In this document: one piece after another, positions 28,520 to 37,538 of the stretch
Numbering within the stretch: the stretch's first letter is position 1
Layout of the letters: each line of letters opens with the position of its first letter
NCBI GenBank assembly: GCA_964609095.1
Contig: CAZSQN010000001.1
Span: 11,901 to 75,900 of the forward strand
Length of the DNA: 64,000 nucleotides
Reading direction: 5' to 3'
From: an uncultured Gammaproteobacteria bacterium
Lineage (GTDB): Bacteria; Patescibacteriota; Patescibacteriia; CAZSQN01
The notes under the pieces: model-generated
What the model saw: only the letters and a program-made list of their open reading frames with translations
What the model was told of the DNA's origin: nothing
Database searches by the model: none
Made by a program: the position numbers and the translations under genes

Positions 28520-29161
28520 ATGGAAACACCCGATATTCAATCTCATAATAAGAAGGATGAGTGGTTTTACACCGAAGAGGTAAAAGACCATTTTTTCCAT
28601 CCGCGCAATTTTATGGACGCGAGCCCGGCTGATTTTAACGGCATGGGCATGGTCGGCTCGCCGGCCTGCGGGGACATGATGACCATCTGGATTAAGGTTG
28701 ATCCGGAATCCGAGCGCATTAAAGAATGCAAATGGAAAACCTTTGGCTGCGCCTCGGCCATTTCTTCAACCTCAATGATGTCGGTAATGGTGACGGGAGA
28801 CGAAGGAATGAAAATAGACGAGGCGCTGAAGCTCAAACCGCAGGATATAATCGCGCGGCTGGGAGGGTTGCCGCAAAGGAAATTCCATTGTTCGGTTTTG
28901 GGAGACAAGGCCCTGCGGGCAGCCGTTAATGATTATTTCAGGCGGACAAACCAGAAAGAAAGGATTGTGCTTGAGGGCGCGAGAGTTGTAGATAAGGTTT
29001 TAAAAATCACTGACCGTGATATTGAAGAAGCGGTGCTGGAGGGCGCCGATACTCTGGAAAAAGTTCAGGCAAAAACAAAGGCGGGTACGGGAGACCCATC
29101 CTGCATCCCAGAGGTGGAACAGCTCATAAGATTTTATAGGGAAAAATATTTTGGAATTTAA
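28520..29161 (+). CDS. iscU: Fe-S cluster assembly scaffold IscU/NifU N-domain protein with C-terminal extension
   Basis: GSPACGDMM ... FGCASAISS conserved Cys motifs. Confidence 0.85.
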   Translation: METPDIQSHNKKDEWFYTEEVKDHFFHPRNFMDASPADFNGMGMVGSPACGDMMTIWIKVDPESERIKECKWKTFGCASAISSTSMMSVMVTGDEGMKIDEALKLKPQDIIARLGGLPQRKFHCSVLGDKALRAAVNDYFRRTNQKERIVLEGARVVDKVLKITDRDIEEAVLEGADTLEKVQAKTKAGTGDPSCIPEVEQLIRFYREKYFGI

Positions 29162-29239
29162 TTGGGAATTATGAATTAAAAATTACGCATTATGAATAAT
29201 TTGAATCTTAATTCTTTATTCCTGATTTTTAATTCAAAT

Positions 29240-29494
29240 ACTATGGAGCCGGTAAATATATATTCAAATGATCAAATAGCACAAGCAGTAGAGCATATAC
29301 TAAATGAAATCAGGCCGTCATTAAATCAGCACGGCGGAGACGCGCTTTTGCGCGAAGTCAGGGATGATAAGGTTTATATAGACCTTCATGGCGCCTGCCA
29401 GGGATGTCCCATGAGCGTGATGACTTTTGGCACCGTGGTGGATGAGATGATCAAGCAGCGCTTGCCTCAGATAAAGGAAGTGGTGTATGAATAG
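29240..29494 (+). CDS. NifU C-terminal domain (Nfu-like) protein
   Basis: CQGCPMS motif; start at MEPVNIYSN (ORF-track start 29192 also possible). Confidence 0.7.
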   Translation, partial: TMEPVNIYSNDQIAQAVEHILNEIRPSLNQHGGDALLREVRDDKVYIDLHGACQGCPMSVMTFGTVVDEMIKQRLPQIKEVVYE

Positions 29495-29502
29495 ATTAAA
29501 TG

Positions 29503-29686
29503 CCCCGCACATAACTTTGCTTATTGCTTTAGCGCGATGCGGGAACTAGAGGAAGGCCGATTAAATCGGATTAAAAGAAAAGATTTTAATAGCACGACTA
29601 AACATAAAAAATAATAAATTTACCTAATTTTTAAGTCCGACATATAACATAAATTATGTTTCGGATTAAGCAAATTATGTGCGGGG
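29503..29686. mobile_element. MITE/REP-like element copy D (184 bp) ending 1 nt before ferredoxin ATG
   Basis: termini CCCCGCACATAACTT / AAATTATGTGCGGGG. Confidence 0.55.
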
Positions 29687-29687
29687 T

Positions 29688-29957
29688 ATGCCCAAACTGC
29701 GAATAAAAGTTGATCCGGATTTGTGCATCGGCGCCGCTTCCTGCGTTGCCATAGCCGAGAATTATTTTGAACTTAACGCCGACAACAAAGCGGCCGTTAA
29801 GGACCCCGAGCTTCCGATGGACCCGGATGTTTTTGAGCGGGAAATTGTCGTCACCGAAGAGCAAAAAGAGCTTATTTTAATGGGTGCGCGCTCCTGCCCG
29901 ACTCTGGCCGTTTTTGTCTACGATGAAAACGGGAAACAATTGTTTCCGGAAACATGA
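29688..29957 (+). CDS. ferredoxin (single [4Fe-4S]-type)
   Basis: MPKLRIKVDPDLCIGAASCVAIAENYFEL ... ARSCP pattern; start at ATG 29688 rather than GTG 29679. Confidence 0.75.
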   Translation: MPKLRIKVDPDLCIGAASCVAIAENYFELNADNKAAVKDPELPMDPDVFEREIVVTEEQKELILMGARSCPTLAVFVYDENGKQLFPET

Positions 29958-31132
29958 TAAAGTGCGAGTATTTAATACTTGGCGGAGGGATCGCCGGCTG
30001 GACCGCGGCTGAAACATTGCGCGCCGCCTTGCCCGAAGCGGAGATAATTTTAGTAAACGAAGAAAAGCACCCGCTTTATTCACGGGTGCTTTTACCGCTT
30101 TATGTAAAAGGAAAAATTCCTCGCGAGAAGGTCTTTTTAAGGCCGCCAGATTATTTGGCCAAAAATAATATTAAATCGTTTGCGGGCGCTCGCGCCATCG
30201 GCGTGAATCCGGCAAGCAAGACCGCGGCGCTTAATAACGGCGGGGAGATTAATTATCAAAAATTACTCATAGCCACGGGCGGCGCTCCGGCGGCGGTAGA
30301 GGAAAAGAATCTGCCCGGCGCGCATTTCTTTAGAACTTTGGATGACGCCGACGGCATCGTCTCCGGCCTTGGTTCGCTTCGGGCCGGAGCTCCTTGCGCC
30401 GCTCTTGGTTCCAGCTTCATCGCCCTTGAATTCCCGTCTATTTTTGAAAAATTCGGGATGAAGACGCTTTTGGCCATGCGCGGACCCGGGTTTTTCCACC
30501 GTCTTTTGGACCGCGACTCCATGGATTTAATTGAAGCGGAGATAATCCGGCACGGAGGGCAGGTGCTTAAAAATCAGAAAGATTTTGAAACCGTTGAGGC
30601 GGATTTTTTTGGATTGGGATTGGGGATGGAAAAAAACACGGATTTCGCGCGGGCGGCCGGCATTGGAGCGGAAACAGGCATTTTAACCAACGAGTATCTG
30701 GAAACCAACATACCCGATATCTGGGCCGCGGGCGATGTGGCGGAGTTTTATGATGTGATTGCCGGCAAACACAGAATATCAGGCAATTGGATGAACGCGG
30801 AAGCTCAAGGCAGGATGGCCGCCGCTAACATGATGGGCGAACATCTAAGATTTGAAACGGTCTCATCTTATTCTATGCCCGTTTTTAACCTCGCCATTAC
30901 CTTTGTCGGCGATGTGGCCGCGGATGAATCAACCAAAATTATTATCAGGTGCTCGCGCGAGGCAAAATCGCTGGTCAGGATTTTAATAAAAGACAATTTG
31001 GCCCGGGGGGCGACGCTTTTAGGCAGAAATTTAGATCGCGGGCCGCTGACGGCGCTTATTGGCAGGCGCGCGCCTCTTGCCGTGAGGCCGGAACTAAGCG
31101 ACCCCGATTTTGATTTGAAGCAACTTTTATAG
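29954..31132 (+). CDS. FAD-dependent pyridine nucleotide-disulfide oxidoreductase (ferredoxin/rubredoxin reductase-like)
   Basis: N-terminal GxGxxG (LILGGGIAGW), second dinucleotide fold, GDVAEF motif. Confidence 0.8.
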   Translation: MIKCEYLILGGGIAGWTAAETLRAALPEAEIILVNEEKHPLYSRVLLPLYVKGKIPREKVFLRPPDYLAKNNIKSFAGARAIGVNPASKTAALNNGGEINYQKLLIATGGAPAAVEEKNLPGAHFFRTLDDADGIVSGLGSLRAGAPCAALGSSFIALEFPSIFEKFGMKTLLAMRGPGFFHRLLDRDSMDLIEAEIIRHGGQVLKNQKDFETVEADFFGLGLGMEKNTDFARAAGIGAETGILTNEYLETNIPDIWAAGDVAEFYDVIAGKHRISGNWMNAEAQGRMAAANMMGEHLRFETVSSYSMPVFNLAITFVGDVAADESTKIIIRCSREAKSLVRILIKDNLARGATLLGRNLDRGPLTALIGRRAPLAVRPELSDPDFDLKQLL

Positions 31133-31330
31133 AAGTTAAAAAAATTTTTGGCCAGCCGGGCGGTTTTTCCGTATTTTATAAAATATGGCGGGCTGTGGAT
31201 GAAAATATTTTTTAATCGTGGTACATTAATCGCAGATGCGCGCAATTGGCGCAGCTCCGCGGTCATCGCAGCCATGCTTGGCGATGACCGCTTTTTATTT
31301 TATCGCGATGATGTGAAATATGATAAAAAA

Positions 31331-31360
31331 ATCCCTTCTCCGGCAGGAAAAGGGATTAAA
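31331..31360. terminator. bidirectional terminator (aatcccttctccggcaggaaaagggatt)
   Basis: stem with flanking A/T runs between convergent genes. Confidence 0.5.
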
Positions 31361-32582
31361 TCAGTTCGCGGATTTGTTTATTGAAGGAAGAATACGGCTT
31401 AAATTCCATCAGCCGCGCGTTTAGAGAGCCGTCAGAGAAATGCTCAACCAGAACAAACGTCAATTTGGTTTGGGAAACAAGCTTTGGCCGGCGCAACTTC
31501 CTTTTAATATTCCTGAACGGCCGTTCCAGCGAACGGAAGCTGTTCCAACTGTAAAACTCCGGTTCCTCGGCTTTGTCATAGCATCTCGTCCAGGTGCCTG
31601 AATTTATATAAGTGCCCGATTTCGGGCCGCGGGAGATGGTCACTCTCATGGCCTCGTGGTCATGTCCGCAGACGACGACTTTGATTTCCGGCCGGTTTTC
31701 AAAAATACGCCGGGCGTATTCTTTGAGGTCATAACCGGTCATTGTCCAGAGCAGGATTTTTATGGTGGTGGCAAAACTGGCCTTTTTTCTTAAATCCCAA
31801 AAAGCGAAAAATCTGTTGTGGATGAATACCCAGACGTAGAGCGCCAAAGCAAAAATGCCAAAGTACCAGTCGCGCAGGGCCGACTCAACCCAGATTAATC
31901 CGTTGGCGCGCAACCGTCCGACCAGCGGATTTTTAAGCTTGAGCCGATTGGCAAGGTCTACGGTAAGAAAGGTTCCGTATGGGTAGTTTAGGAGCGGCCG
32001 TTTGAGCTTAACGCCATAGCGCGTTGTCAGATATTTGTTTTCCGGCGTGACCGTATGCGGCTCAATATTGCCGTGGAAATAATGCACGCCTTGATGGTCT
32101 TCGCTATAAAGGAAACGCACTTTTTCCGGGCAGTTTTTGGCAATCCGCAAAACGACCATTTTCTGCACGCCGGCCCACTCAAGGAAGAAATCGTGGTTGC
32201 CGATAAATATGTCAACCGTCCTTCCGGGCGATTCCAAAAATCTGGAAAGCGAGTCAAAGACGCGGGTGTGGCCGCGGATGATTTTTTTCATTTTATAGCG
32301 GTGCACTGCTTCATAAGGCATATCATAATTTCTGCCATGGAAAAACACCGACTGCGAATCAAAAATATCTCCGCCGAGCTTGAGGCGAACCTTTGGAATA
32401 TTCTGGAATCGGCTTAAAATAGTACTTATGAAGCGGCTGAACTCGTAATCATGTTCAAATTCCTCCAGAATATCTTTACTGCCGTCGGGCAGATAAAGGC
32501 CGGATCCAAGGTGCAGGTCTGATACCCAGACAATTACCTCTTCCGGCGACTCTTTTCCCCGGTTTAACGCGTATTCCATCAT
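31356..32582 (-). CDS. calcineurin-like metallophosphoesterase with internal TM segment
   Basis: motifs WVSDLHLG, GGDIFD, GNHD, GHDH, NSGTW; start at MMEYAL (ORF-track N-terminus overlaps divergent neighbour and is not used). Confidence 0.75.
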   Translation of the reverse strand: MMEYALNRGKESPEEVIVWVSDLHLGSGLYLPDGSKDILEEFEHDYEFSRFISTILSRFQNIPKVRLKLGGDIFDSQSVFFHGRNYDMPYEAVHRYKMKKIIRGHTRVFDSLSRFLESPGRTVDIFIGNHDFFLEWAGVQKMVVLRIAKNCPEKVRFLYSEDHQGVHYFHGNIEPHTVTPENKYLTTRYGVKLKRPLLNYPYGTFLTVDLANRLKLKNPLVGRLRANGLIWVESALRDWYFGIFALALYVWVFIHNRFFAFWDLRKKASFATTIKILLWTMTGYDLKEYARRIFENRPEIKVVVCGHDHEAMRVTISRGPKSGTYINSGTWTRCYDKAEEPEFYSWNSFRSLERPFRNIKRKLRRPKLVSQTKLTFVLVEHFSDGSLNARLMEFKPYSSFNKQIRELI

Positions 32583-32661
32583 TGTCTCCTGTTTGTAAAA
32601 GATCCGGTTTGAGATTAACATAGATAAACAGCATTGACAACGACTTTTAACAGAAGGGGCT

Positions 32662-33714
32662 ATGAATATAATCTCCATTTCCGACATCCATCTTTGCCGC
32701 GGCGAAGCGGACGGTTTTTGTTTTGATAAAGAACTGTCAAGATTCTTAAGGCATGTTATCAGCCACCTTTCTCCATTTGAAATTATTCTGAACGGTGATA
32801 TTTTTGATTTAATCGCGATTGAAGACGAGGGCGATATGGCGCAGATTTTAGCCGAAATAAACAAAGAGCACGCGCTTGTTTTTGACGCTTTTCGCGAAGT
32901 TGCGAAGAAGGGGCATTTGGCGCTGGTGCCGGGAAACCATGATTATCATCTTAAAGATGAAACGATTTCCAGCATTGCCGGCGCTTTAATTCCTGGGATA
33001 GAAGTAATAACTTCGGGAATATACAGAACGGGAGACAAATCGGGAAATGTTTATCATTTTGAGCATGGAGACGCGCATGATCCGTGGTCATCCCTTGTTT
33101 CGCCGCAAAGCAACGCGCCGGCCAAAACCAATATGATTGTAAAGAATCTGATCCAGGAATTTTTGCGGCATCCGTTGAAGATTTTGACCAGCAGTCCCGG
33201 CGGAGCGGCTTCCGAGGCCTTGCAAAGAGTGATTAAAAAAATCAAGCTGGCGGAACACGAGAGAAAGCTGTTTGAGGACAGAGTCGTGCCTTTAATAAGA
33301 AGATTTAAGGTTAATCCGAAAACGCTTTGGGAATTGGCGGCGAGCTTATCGGCGCGGCGATTAAAAAAATTCGGCAAGATTTATATGGATATGGTGGGCG
33401 CCGAAATGGCCACGGGCGAGGGACCTCATTACAGAGAAGCGGCCGGTCGCATAGCCAAAAGTATGCCGGGGACAGCTTTGCGCGTTGTCGGTTTCGGCCA
33501 TACGCATAAGCCAGAAGTGGCTGATTTGGAAGGCGGAGCGATTTATGCAAATAGCGGCACCTGGGGGCGTGATATAAGCAAAGATGACGAGGGAGAGAAA
33601 TTCTATGAGATAACCAAAGGAACATATCTTCTTTTTAATCAGGACACTTTGCGTTTGAGGCAGCTAATTTTAAACTATTTTATTCCTCCCACCAGGCGGT
33701 TGGTTATGAAATAA
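32662..33714 (+). CDS. calcineurin-like metallophosphoesterase (paralog of 31356-32582)
   Basis: motifs SDIHL, NGDIFD, GNHD, GHTH, NSGTW; divergently transcribed from its paralog. Confidence 0.8.
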   Translation: MNIISISDIHLCRGEADGFCFDKELSRFLRHVISHLSPFEIILNGDIFDLIAIEDEGDMAQILAEINKEHALVFDAFREVAKKGHLALVPGNHDYHLKDETISSIAGALIPGIEVITSGIYRTGDKSGNVYHFEHGDAHDPWSSLVSPQSNAPAKTNMIVKNLIQEFLRHPLKILTSSPGGAASEALQRVIKKIKLAEHERKLFEDRVVPLIRRFKVNPKTLWELAASLSARRLKKFGKIYMDMVGAEMATGEGPHYREAAGRIAKSMPGTALRVVGFGHTHKPEVADLEGGAIYANSGTWGRDISKDDEGEKFYEITKGTYLLFNQDTLRLRQLILNYFIPPTRRLVMK

Positions 33715-33820
33715 CCCCGCACATAAACCTACATAAATGACTTAATTTATCTTGGGTAATTATATATAACCGAAGTCCCGACAAAATTATCTCATAATAT
33801 TTTTGAGGTTATGTGCGGGG
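33715..33820. mobile_element. MITE/REP-like element copy C (106 bp), begins 1 nt after MPE stop; followed by TTGACG
   Basis: termini CCCCGCACATAA / GTTATGTGCGGGG; interior near-identical to copy B. Confidence 0.65.
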
Positions 33821-33922
33821 TTGACGAGCCGGTTTTTTTATGTTAAGGTGAGCAATGCTCTTTACAATTAAAATTGGCTGAAAAAACAGCAACAAAACAA
33901 CCACCAAGAAGGAGAAAGAAAA

Positions 33923-34180
33923 ATGGCCAATGAAAACGATGACCGCGATCAAAATCGCGGCAGAGGAAAGAATCAGACGCAAGGAAGCGGCGAAATGCAA
34001 CGCCGTCTTGCCGCGCTGGAGGCGGAGATTCTCCGTTTGAAGTCGCCGGTGGTAAAATGCGCTTTTTGCGCCGGCACCGGCTCCCAGCCGGATAAAGACG
34101 GCAAACCGCTGATTGATGGAGACGACCACCCGATTCCGTGCTTGGTCTGCAGCGGTCGCGGCAAAGTCAGGATTCCGTAA
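33923..34180 (+). CDS. small zinc-ribbon protein (CxxC ... CxxC), basic N-terminus
   Basis: KCAFCAGTGS ... PCLVCSGRGK; first gene of GC-rich block. Confidence 0.5.
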   Translation: MANENDDRDQNRGRGKNQTQGSGEMQRRLAALEAEILRLKSPVVKCAFCAGTGSQPDKDGKPLIDGDDHPIPCLVCSGRGKVRIP

Positions 34181-34200
34181 GACGAGGAAAGGGAGAAAAA

Positions 34201-35013
34201 ATGGATATCGGCGAAAAGATCAAAGATGTAGTGGCCGGCGTCAAGCCGGACCATCCGCACGGTTTGCTCTCCGACGCTTGGCAGCAGGCGGTCCATCGTT
34301 TCGGGCCGAAGATTGCCAAAGCAATGTGGGAAGCGTTTCCCAACGAAGTCAGGGAGAAGCTTTCCGAGGGTTGGGTTAAAGAACTTTTTCAGGGCGTTTC
34401 TCTTCTTGTTGCGCAGGTTTTGCCTAACAAGGGCATTGCCCAGATGATTGACGCGCTTCAGGTTGAGGTGGCCGCGGAATTGCACGAGCTCGCCTCGGCC
34501 CATAAGAAAGGTGAACCAGAACAGGAAAAAGGAACTTCCGTCTCTGCCGGTTCTCCGCCAGTGGCAGCGCGGTATGGAGTTGAGGGAACGGAAAAGATTT
34601 TCCGTATTGAGTTTGAGCGCGCGGAAAAATTGATTGTTTGGTTTGCCTCTGCCGTGGCCGCCGGGATTGACGGCAAAGAACTTGCTCAGTTCCTGAATGG
34701 CCTTACTTTGGCCGAGCTGCGCGTCTTCGCCGACAGCGATGACGACGCCAAGCGCGTGTACGCGGCCGAGCGGCTAAAGGAGCCAGTTCCCAAGGTTAAT
34801 TCAGAATCATTGGCAAGGAAAATTGTCAACTGGTTTGGTAGCCGTTGGGAAGCGGCCAAGGCATGCGCGAGCGAAGTTAACTCCGGCCTTGAGGAAATCG
34901 CGTTGATTCAAGAGAGGGAAACTTTGATGCTTGAACAAGCGCTTGAGGAGAAACGCGCGGAACTGCGCAGGCCGCCCGCCTTGTGGGAGCGTCTGCAGTT
35001 CTGGAAGCTCTAA
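34201..35013 (+). CDS. hypothetical protein (271 aa)
   Basis: RBS aggaaagggagaaaaa before ATG 34201; GC-rich codon usage; no motif recognised. Confidence 0.55.
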   Translation: MDIGEKIKDVVAGVKPDHPHGLLSDAWQQAVHRFGPKIAKAMWEAFPNEVREKLSEGWVKELFQGVSLLVAQVLPNKGIAQMIDALQVEVAAELHELASAHKKGEPEQEKGTSVSAGSPPVAARYGVEGTEKIFRIEFERAEKLIVWFASAVAAGIDGKELAQFLNGLTLAELRVFADSDDDAKRVYAAERLKEPVPKVNSESLARKIVNWFGSRWEAAKACASEVNSGLEEIALIQERETLMLEQALEEKRAELRRPPALWERLQFWKL

Positions 35014-35029
35014 GAAAGGAGAAGATGAA

Positions 35030-36325
35030 ATGACCGCTATCGTCTTGGGATACCTGCGGCGTTTTGGATTGCGGGCCCAGATTTTGGGCCTTAGCGTCTG
35101 GAACAGTTTGCGGCTTTTCTTTGGACGGGCCGCAAGCGCCGTTTATATCGGAATTATTTCCCTTTTCGTGTTTCTGGTTCCCGGCGCGTTTATCGGCTGG
35201 ATTGGATACATTACCGACACCGAGTGGGCGATCGGGCTCGGCCAGTTCCTGATTTCGCTCTCCGGCGCCATTGTCACCGGAGTTCTGGCCGTCTTCTACC
35301 TCAAGATAGGCGTGATTACCACGCATGTCTTGGTGGGGATTGACGGCGTTCTGGAATTTGTTTCCCGCGGCAAGATTAAGAATTTCTTCTCCAAGGACAT
35401 GGGAGCAAACATCAGGCAGGATCTGCTAAACGCCTTCGCGTGGGTAGCTGTCTTCCTGCTGTGGTGCTCGGTTGTTCCCGTTTGGAAGCATCCGACGGCG
35501 GTGCCGTTGGGGGCCACCTTTTCCTTGTTTTTTGCCTTTGCTTCGTCAAGACTCTGGGAGCTTACCCAAAAGAGGATTGGCAAGGCCGTTGTTTTTACTC
35601 TCCTGGCGCTGGCCTTTGTTTTCCACTCTTTCAATGTCTGCATGGGCGGAGCAATGTCGCTTTGGGTTTCGGCCAAAGGCGATGTTGCCGGCGCGTCCAT
35701 TAGAACCGGAGTGGCGGCGGAATCCGGCCGCGAAGAGATTCTTGAAGAGAGGATTTCCTACGAAGAAGCTATGTCCAAAGTCAGGGTGGCGGAGTATCGC
35801 AACCTTGGCGCAAGGCAAATCTGGCTTTCTTCCGTTGGCCAAGAGAACTCTGCCGAATTTAGGCGTAACGCTCGCCGTATGCGTGAGCTTGAAAGCGGCA
35901 ATCGTCCGGTAAAAAGAAATGTTGCTCCAAATGGAGAGGGCAGCTCAAGTTTCGCGGCTGGCGTCGGCAAACTTGCCGAGCTTGCCGGCGCTAACTGGGG
36001 CTGGCTGCTCATTGGCGGCCTTTCCGTTTTCCTGTTTGCCCTGTTCATTGTCGGGTTGGTTGCCAAACGCAACTGGCTTGCGGCTATGGCGCTTGCCGGT
36101 TTGCTTCTCGCGGGATTTGCCGGAGTTGGATATTGGCTTTTGAGCATGGATTCCGGCCGGACTACGGAGTCCGCAGTAGAGGTTCCGCGCGAGCCGCCAA
36201 TTCGTGAGCCGCTAACTCATCCGGAAACGAGGAGAGCGGCGCGGCGTTCTTGCGGAGGATGTTCTAAAATTCGCGCCGAAGTTGAAGACATCGGGAGAAA
36301 TCTTGATGTCCTCGCGGCGCAATAA
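35030..36325 (+). CDS. hypothetical polytopic membrane protein (431 aa)
   Basis: RBS aaggagaag; multiple hydrophobic helices; C-terminal CGGCSK; GC-rich (sampled 60-mers 34/60 and 38/60 G+C). Confidence 0.6.
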   Translation: MTAIVLGYLRRFGLRAQILGLSVWNSLRLFFGRAASAVYIGIISLFVFLVPGAFIGWIGYITDTEWAIGLGQFLISLSGAIVTGVLAVFYLKIGVITTHVLVGIDGVLEFVSRGKIKNFFSKDMGANIRQDLLNAFAWVAVFLLWCSVVPVWKHPTAVPLGATFSLFFAFASSRLWELTQKRIGKAVVFTLLALAFVFHSFNVCMGGAMSLWVSAKGDVAGASIRTGVAAESGREEILEERISYEEAMSKVRVAEYRNLGARQIWLSSVGQENSAEFRRNARRMRELESGNRPVKRNVAPNGEGSSSFAAGVGKLAELAGANWGWLLIGGLSVFLFALFIVGLVAKRNWLAAMALAGLLLAGFAGVGYWLLSMDSGRTTESAVEVPREPPIREPLTHPETRRAARRSCGGCSKIRAEVEDIGRNLDVLAAQ

Positions 36326-36339
36326 CATACCTGTTCTTT

Positions 36340-36530
36340 AATTTAATACCCTCTGACAAATTGTCAGAGGGATTTTTTTAAAAAAATCCCGCGATACTTT
36401 TTATAGTATCGCGCGGGCTCGAATTCAGCTTTTGTCAATCGTCATTGACAAAAGAATGAATTTGTGGTAAAAGTATATATTCGCTCTTTTGATAAATCCA
36501 GCACATAATCTATGTGCTGGATAAGAAAAG
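36340..36530. promoter_or_regulatory. cluster of five near-perfect palindromes in one intergenic region
   Basis: ctctgacaaattgtcagag; gggatttttttaaaaaaatccc; cccgcgatactttttatagtatcgcgcggg; ttttgtcaatcgtcattgacaaaa; tccagcacataatctatgtgctgga, all read directly. Confidence 0.45.
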
Positions 36531-36543
36531 AAAGGAAAGAAAA

Positions 36544-36984
36544 ATGGTCGGACCGCTCCGTATCGCGTTTGTTTTTTTCATTGTTTCCGGCTGCGGATTT
36601 TCCGCAACGCGGACTGAAGTGAATTCCGCCGGACGCTATTCCACCCGCGGCTATTGCCTGGGAGTTGGTTGCGCCCCTGACTATGGCTTGGGCAATGCTT
36701 GGGTTCCCGGCATTGCGCCGCCATACCCATTCTCTCCCTCTGACGCGCGGTTCGGAGCCGTTGAGGCCTACCGGGCGCGCAATCGCTGGGTAAGAACTCC
36801 CTCTTCGACTTCGCTCGGGACAGCCCCCTCGACTTCGCTCGGGACAGGGGAAGCGAGAGACCCTCGCGTCGCGCCGCTTATCCGCGAGGTTCAGCGGCAG
36901 AACAATGTGCTACGCGAGCTGGAGCGCGAAGTGTGCGAAAATTCCGATGACGAATGCGCAACGGATGAAAGGAGTTCAAGATGA
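36544..36984 (+). CDS. lipoprotein with tandem 9-aa repeat (TPSSTSLGT APSTSLGTG)
   Basis: signal peptide with lipobox VSGC; direct nucleotide repeat at 36796-36850. Confidence 0.6.
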   Translation: MVGPLRIAFVFFIVSGCGFSATRTEVNSAGRYSTRGYCLGVGCAPDYGLGNAWVPGIAPPYPFSPSDARFGAVEAYRARNRWVRTPSSTSLGTAPSTSLGTGEARDPRVAPLIREVQRQNNVLRELEREVCENSDDECATDERSSR

Positions 36985-37457
36985 AAAACTATTGCGTTTT
37001 GGCTGCTTTTCTTTGTTCCTGCGGCTACTCCACTTATCAGTACGATACGCCACACAGCCAGTCATACGGCGATTATGGCGGCGAAGCGAGCTACGCGGCG
37101 AGTTCGGCGCAGATCGCGGTTCCGGTTTCGCCGGCTAACCAGTGGGGTTGCGCTTTGCCGCTTCAGCTGGAGATCAGAAATCCGTCGCGAGAGTATGACG
37201 TGGTGGTGCACGCGCACCGGCTGGTGGATGACGGCACCACTTTTGAGACATCCGTAAATGTGCCTCGCGCGGGAAGCAGAATCATTTGCCTGCCCGACAT
37301 AGGCGCGTATTCTTTTGAAACCGAGTATTATCTTATCTCGCACGGCGTTCCGCAGCTTATGGGCTGCGGAATTGAGCGGGCAGAGTACGGTTTCTATACC
37401 AACTACGACGGCCGGCACGGGTTCCGCGTTTACCCGCGGCCCGACCGTTCTTGCTAA
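36981..37457 (+). CDS. putative lipoprotein / secreted hypothetical protein
   Basis: N-terminal hydrophobic segment ending CSCG; overlaps upstream stop (ATGA). Confidence 0.55.
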   Translation: MKNYCVLAAFLCSCGYSTYQYDTPHSQSYGDYGGEASYAASSAQIAVPVSPANQWGCALPLQLEIRNPSREYDVVVHAHRLVDDGTTFETSVNVPRAGSRIICLPDIGAYSFETEYYLISHGVPQLMGCGIERAEYGFYTNYDGRHGFRVYPRPDRSC

Positions 37458-37470
37458 GAGCAAAGTTCAT

Positions 37471-37510
37471 TAAACCGCAACACCTCCGCATCCGCGGAGG
37501 TGTTTTTTTG
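37471..37510 (+). terminator. rho-independent terminator (cacctccgcatccgcggaggtg + tttttttg)
   Basis: perfect 9-bp GC-rich stem followed by T7. Confidence 0.7.
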
Positions 37511-37538
37511 TAAGCGTGAATTTTGTTAGGGTCCATGT

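Noticed and set aside
31148-31384. 78-aa plus-strand ORF between the oxidoreductase and the metallophosphoesterase genes
   Set aside because: It overlaps a bidirectional terminator hairpin and the 3-prime end of the convergent gene, and has no RBS. Probably non-coding.
24488-33820. MITE copies abutting stop codons considered as integron attC sites (gene cassettes)
   Set aside because: The termini (CCCCGCACATAA) do not match attC R''/R' cores (RYYYAAC/GTTRRRY), there is no intI or attI in the window, and the flanked genes are housekeeping Fe-S genes.
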